From NCBI GenBank assembly GCA_000708835.1, contig DF236951.1, positions 186,101-250,100 on the forward strand: a stretch of DNA of 64,000 bases, written 5' to 3'. The notes under the pieces were generated by a model that worked only from the letters and a program-made list of their open reading frames with translations, did no database searches and was not told the origin of the DNA. Positions 62,878 through 64,000 of this stretch are shown one piece after another (within the stretch, counting starts at the first letter, position 1; every line of letters begins with the position of its first letter). A program made the position numbers and the translations under genes. The stretch comes from Klebsormidium nitens (Eukaryota > Plantae > Klebsormidiophyceae).

Positions 62878-64000
62878 GAGTTTGGTTTGTGCTTCGCTAA
62901 CGTGACCTCCAGGAAATTGTCGCGCTTTATCTGATTATCAATTCAGAAATGGAGGGATGCTAATTCTCATATTGAGGCTGCTGATAGCTAAGATTCCCTG
63001 GCTCATGATGTAAGGAAGTATTATCCAAGTAGTATGATCAGCGAGATTGTTGAGGGTTCATATGAAGCATCCTTTAATAAACCGCGGGTTCGGTTCACAC
63101 TTGCCTCCTTGGACCTGTTGTTTTTCTGAAAAACAAGCTTCGCTGCGGAAGGCCTGCGTTGTTCGCACTGCACTTAGTTCCTCTACATCTGAAGGCTACT
63201 CTGAATTCGCAGGCCAGAGACGTTGACGGCGTAAAGGTTGACCTAGCTGGCTGGTTCAAGCGAGTTGCTTCTAGACCGGCAGCTGCATAACCAGGACTGT
63301 TACCGCGTAGAAAGCTTCTTATCGACCCACCAGTGTCTGAGCGACGTCAAGTTAAGTACCGTAGTCAGGTGTTCTTCAAATAGTGCAGATCAACAAGGTT
63401 CTATAGTAGCCACTAAATATTGCTCCAGAAGGAGGGATTGTTTCATGCCCGCCTCAATGAGCGAGTAACATCAAGAGCACGCCAGAGTAAGCAGGCTGTA
63501 GGTCAATGTGATTAGTTGATTGCACTCTAACCCCAATGAGCGGATGACAGAAACTGTCAAGAGTTTTACGAAGGGCTAAAGGCATTGTGACAGTATTCTG
63601 CCAAGCGTTATCCACTTTTCTCCTGTTATAGCGGGTGGATAAAATGTCCATTGTTTCCTCGACGCACATACTGAAGTAGGCTTTGCAAGCCTGCTTCCTC
63701 AGACTGGTAGCCACTGTGAGCATGCACCTTAGGTCTGCCGCCAAGTGTAAGCGCTCTGGTTTGATACTGCCTCGCCCTGATTGATGGCCTCTCTTCTTTG
63801 GCACCTCCAACTGATTGACCATAGCATGTGTAGCCATAGCTCACACACATGATTGACAAGCGTCTTGAGAGATCGGGACCTGGCAGGCCAGCTGGCTGCA
63901 TGCTCGCATAGTACACAGTCGTATTCCCATCGTGTTTAATACACGTTGTACTCTGCATTCAAGTAAGTATTTCAGGGGATCCACAAAGGGCGACCTCGCT

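Noticed and set aside
63454-63837. 127-aa minus-strand ORF near the window end
   Set aside because: No recognisable motif or convincing splice sites. It may belong to a feature outside the window but cannot be supported here.

Overview
Eukaryotic nuclear DNA, about 52-55% GC by eye, intron-rich with GT-AG introns. The gene set (streptophyte-type RBCS, Golgi alpha-mannosidase II, a GIP aquaglyceroporin, centriole/cilium genes) points to a streptophyte green alga, most plausibly Klebsormidium; this is inferred, not database-confirmed. I reconstructed these loci by hand: ZCCHC24/3CxxC zinc finger with a 1-nt frameshift (+); atypical SDR epimerase (-); LRR plus RSPH10B-like protein of about 1167 aa (-); Golgi alpha-mannosidase II (+); F-box/LRR pseudogene (-); fungal-type multipass membrane protein (-); RBCS (+); importin-13/transportin-3-like karyopherin (-); RPS30 (+); GIP (-); PIBF1/CEP90 (+). 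There is also a 348-N assembly gap. I found no rRNA, tRNA, CRISPR array or intact transposon. The best leads are: the LRRC74-like/RSPH10B-like domain combination; three intron-bearing genes with bacterial or fungal affinity; a predicted 7-nt microexon; a duplicated splice acceptor; a pre-miRNA-like hairpin just upstream of PIBF1; and a decayed F-box-like ORF nested antisense in a GIP intron. Family assignments rest on motifs recalled from memory and need HMM/BLAST confirmation. I cannot claim a wholly new multi-gene system from sequence alone.
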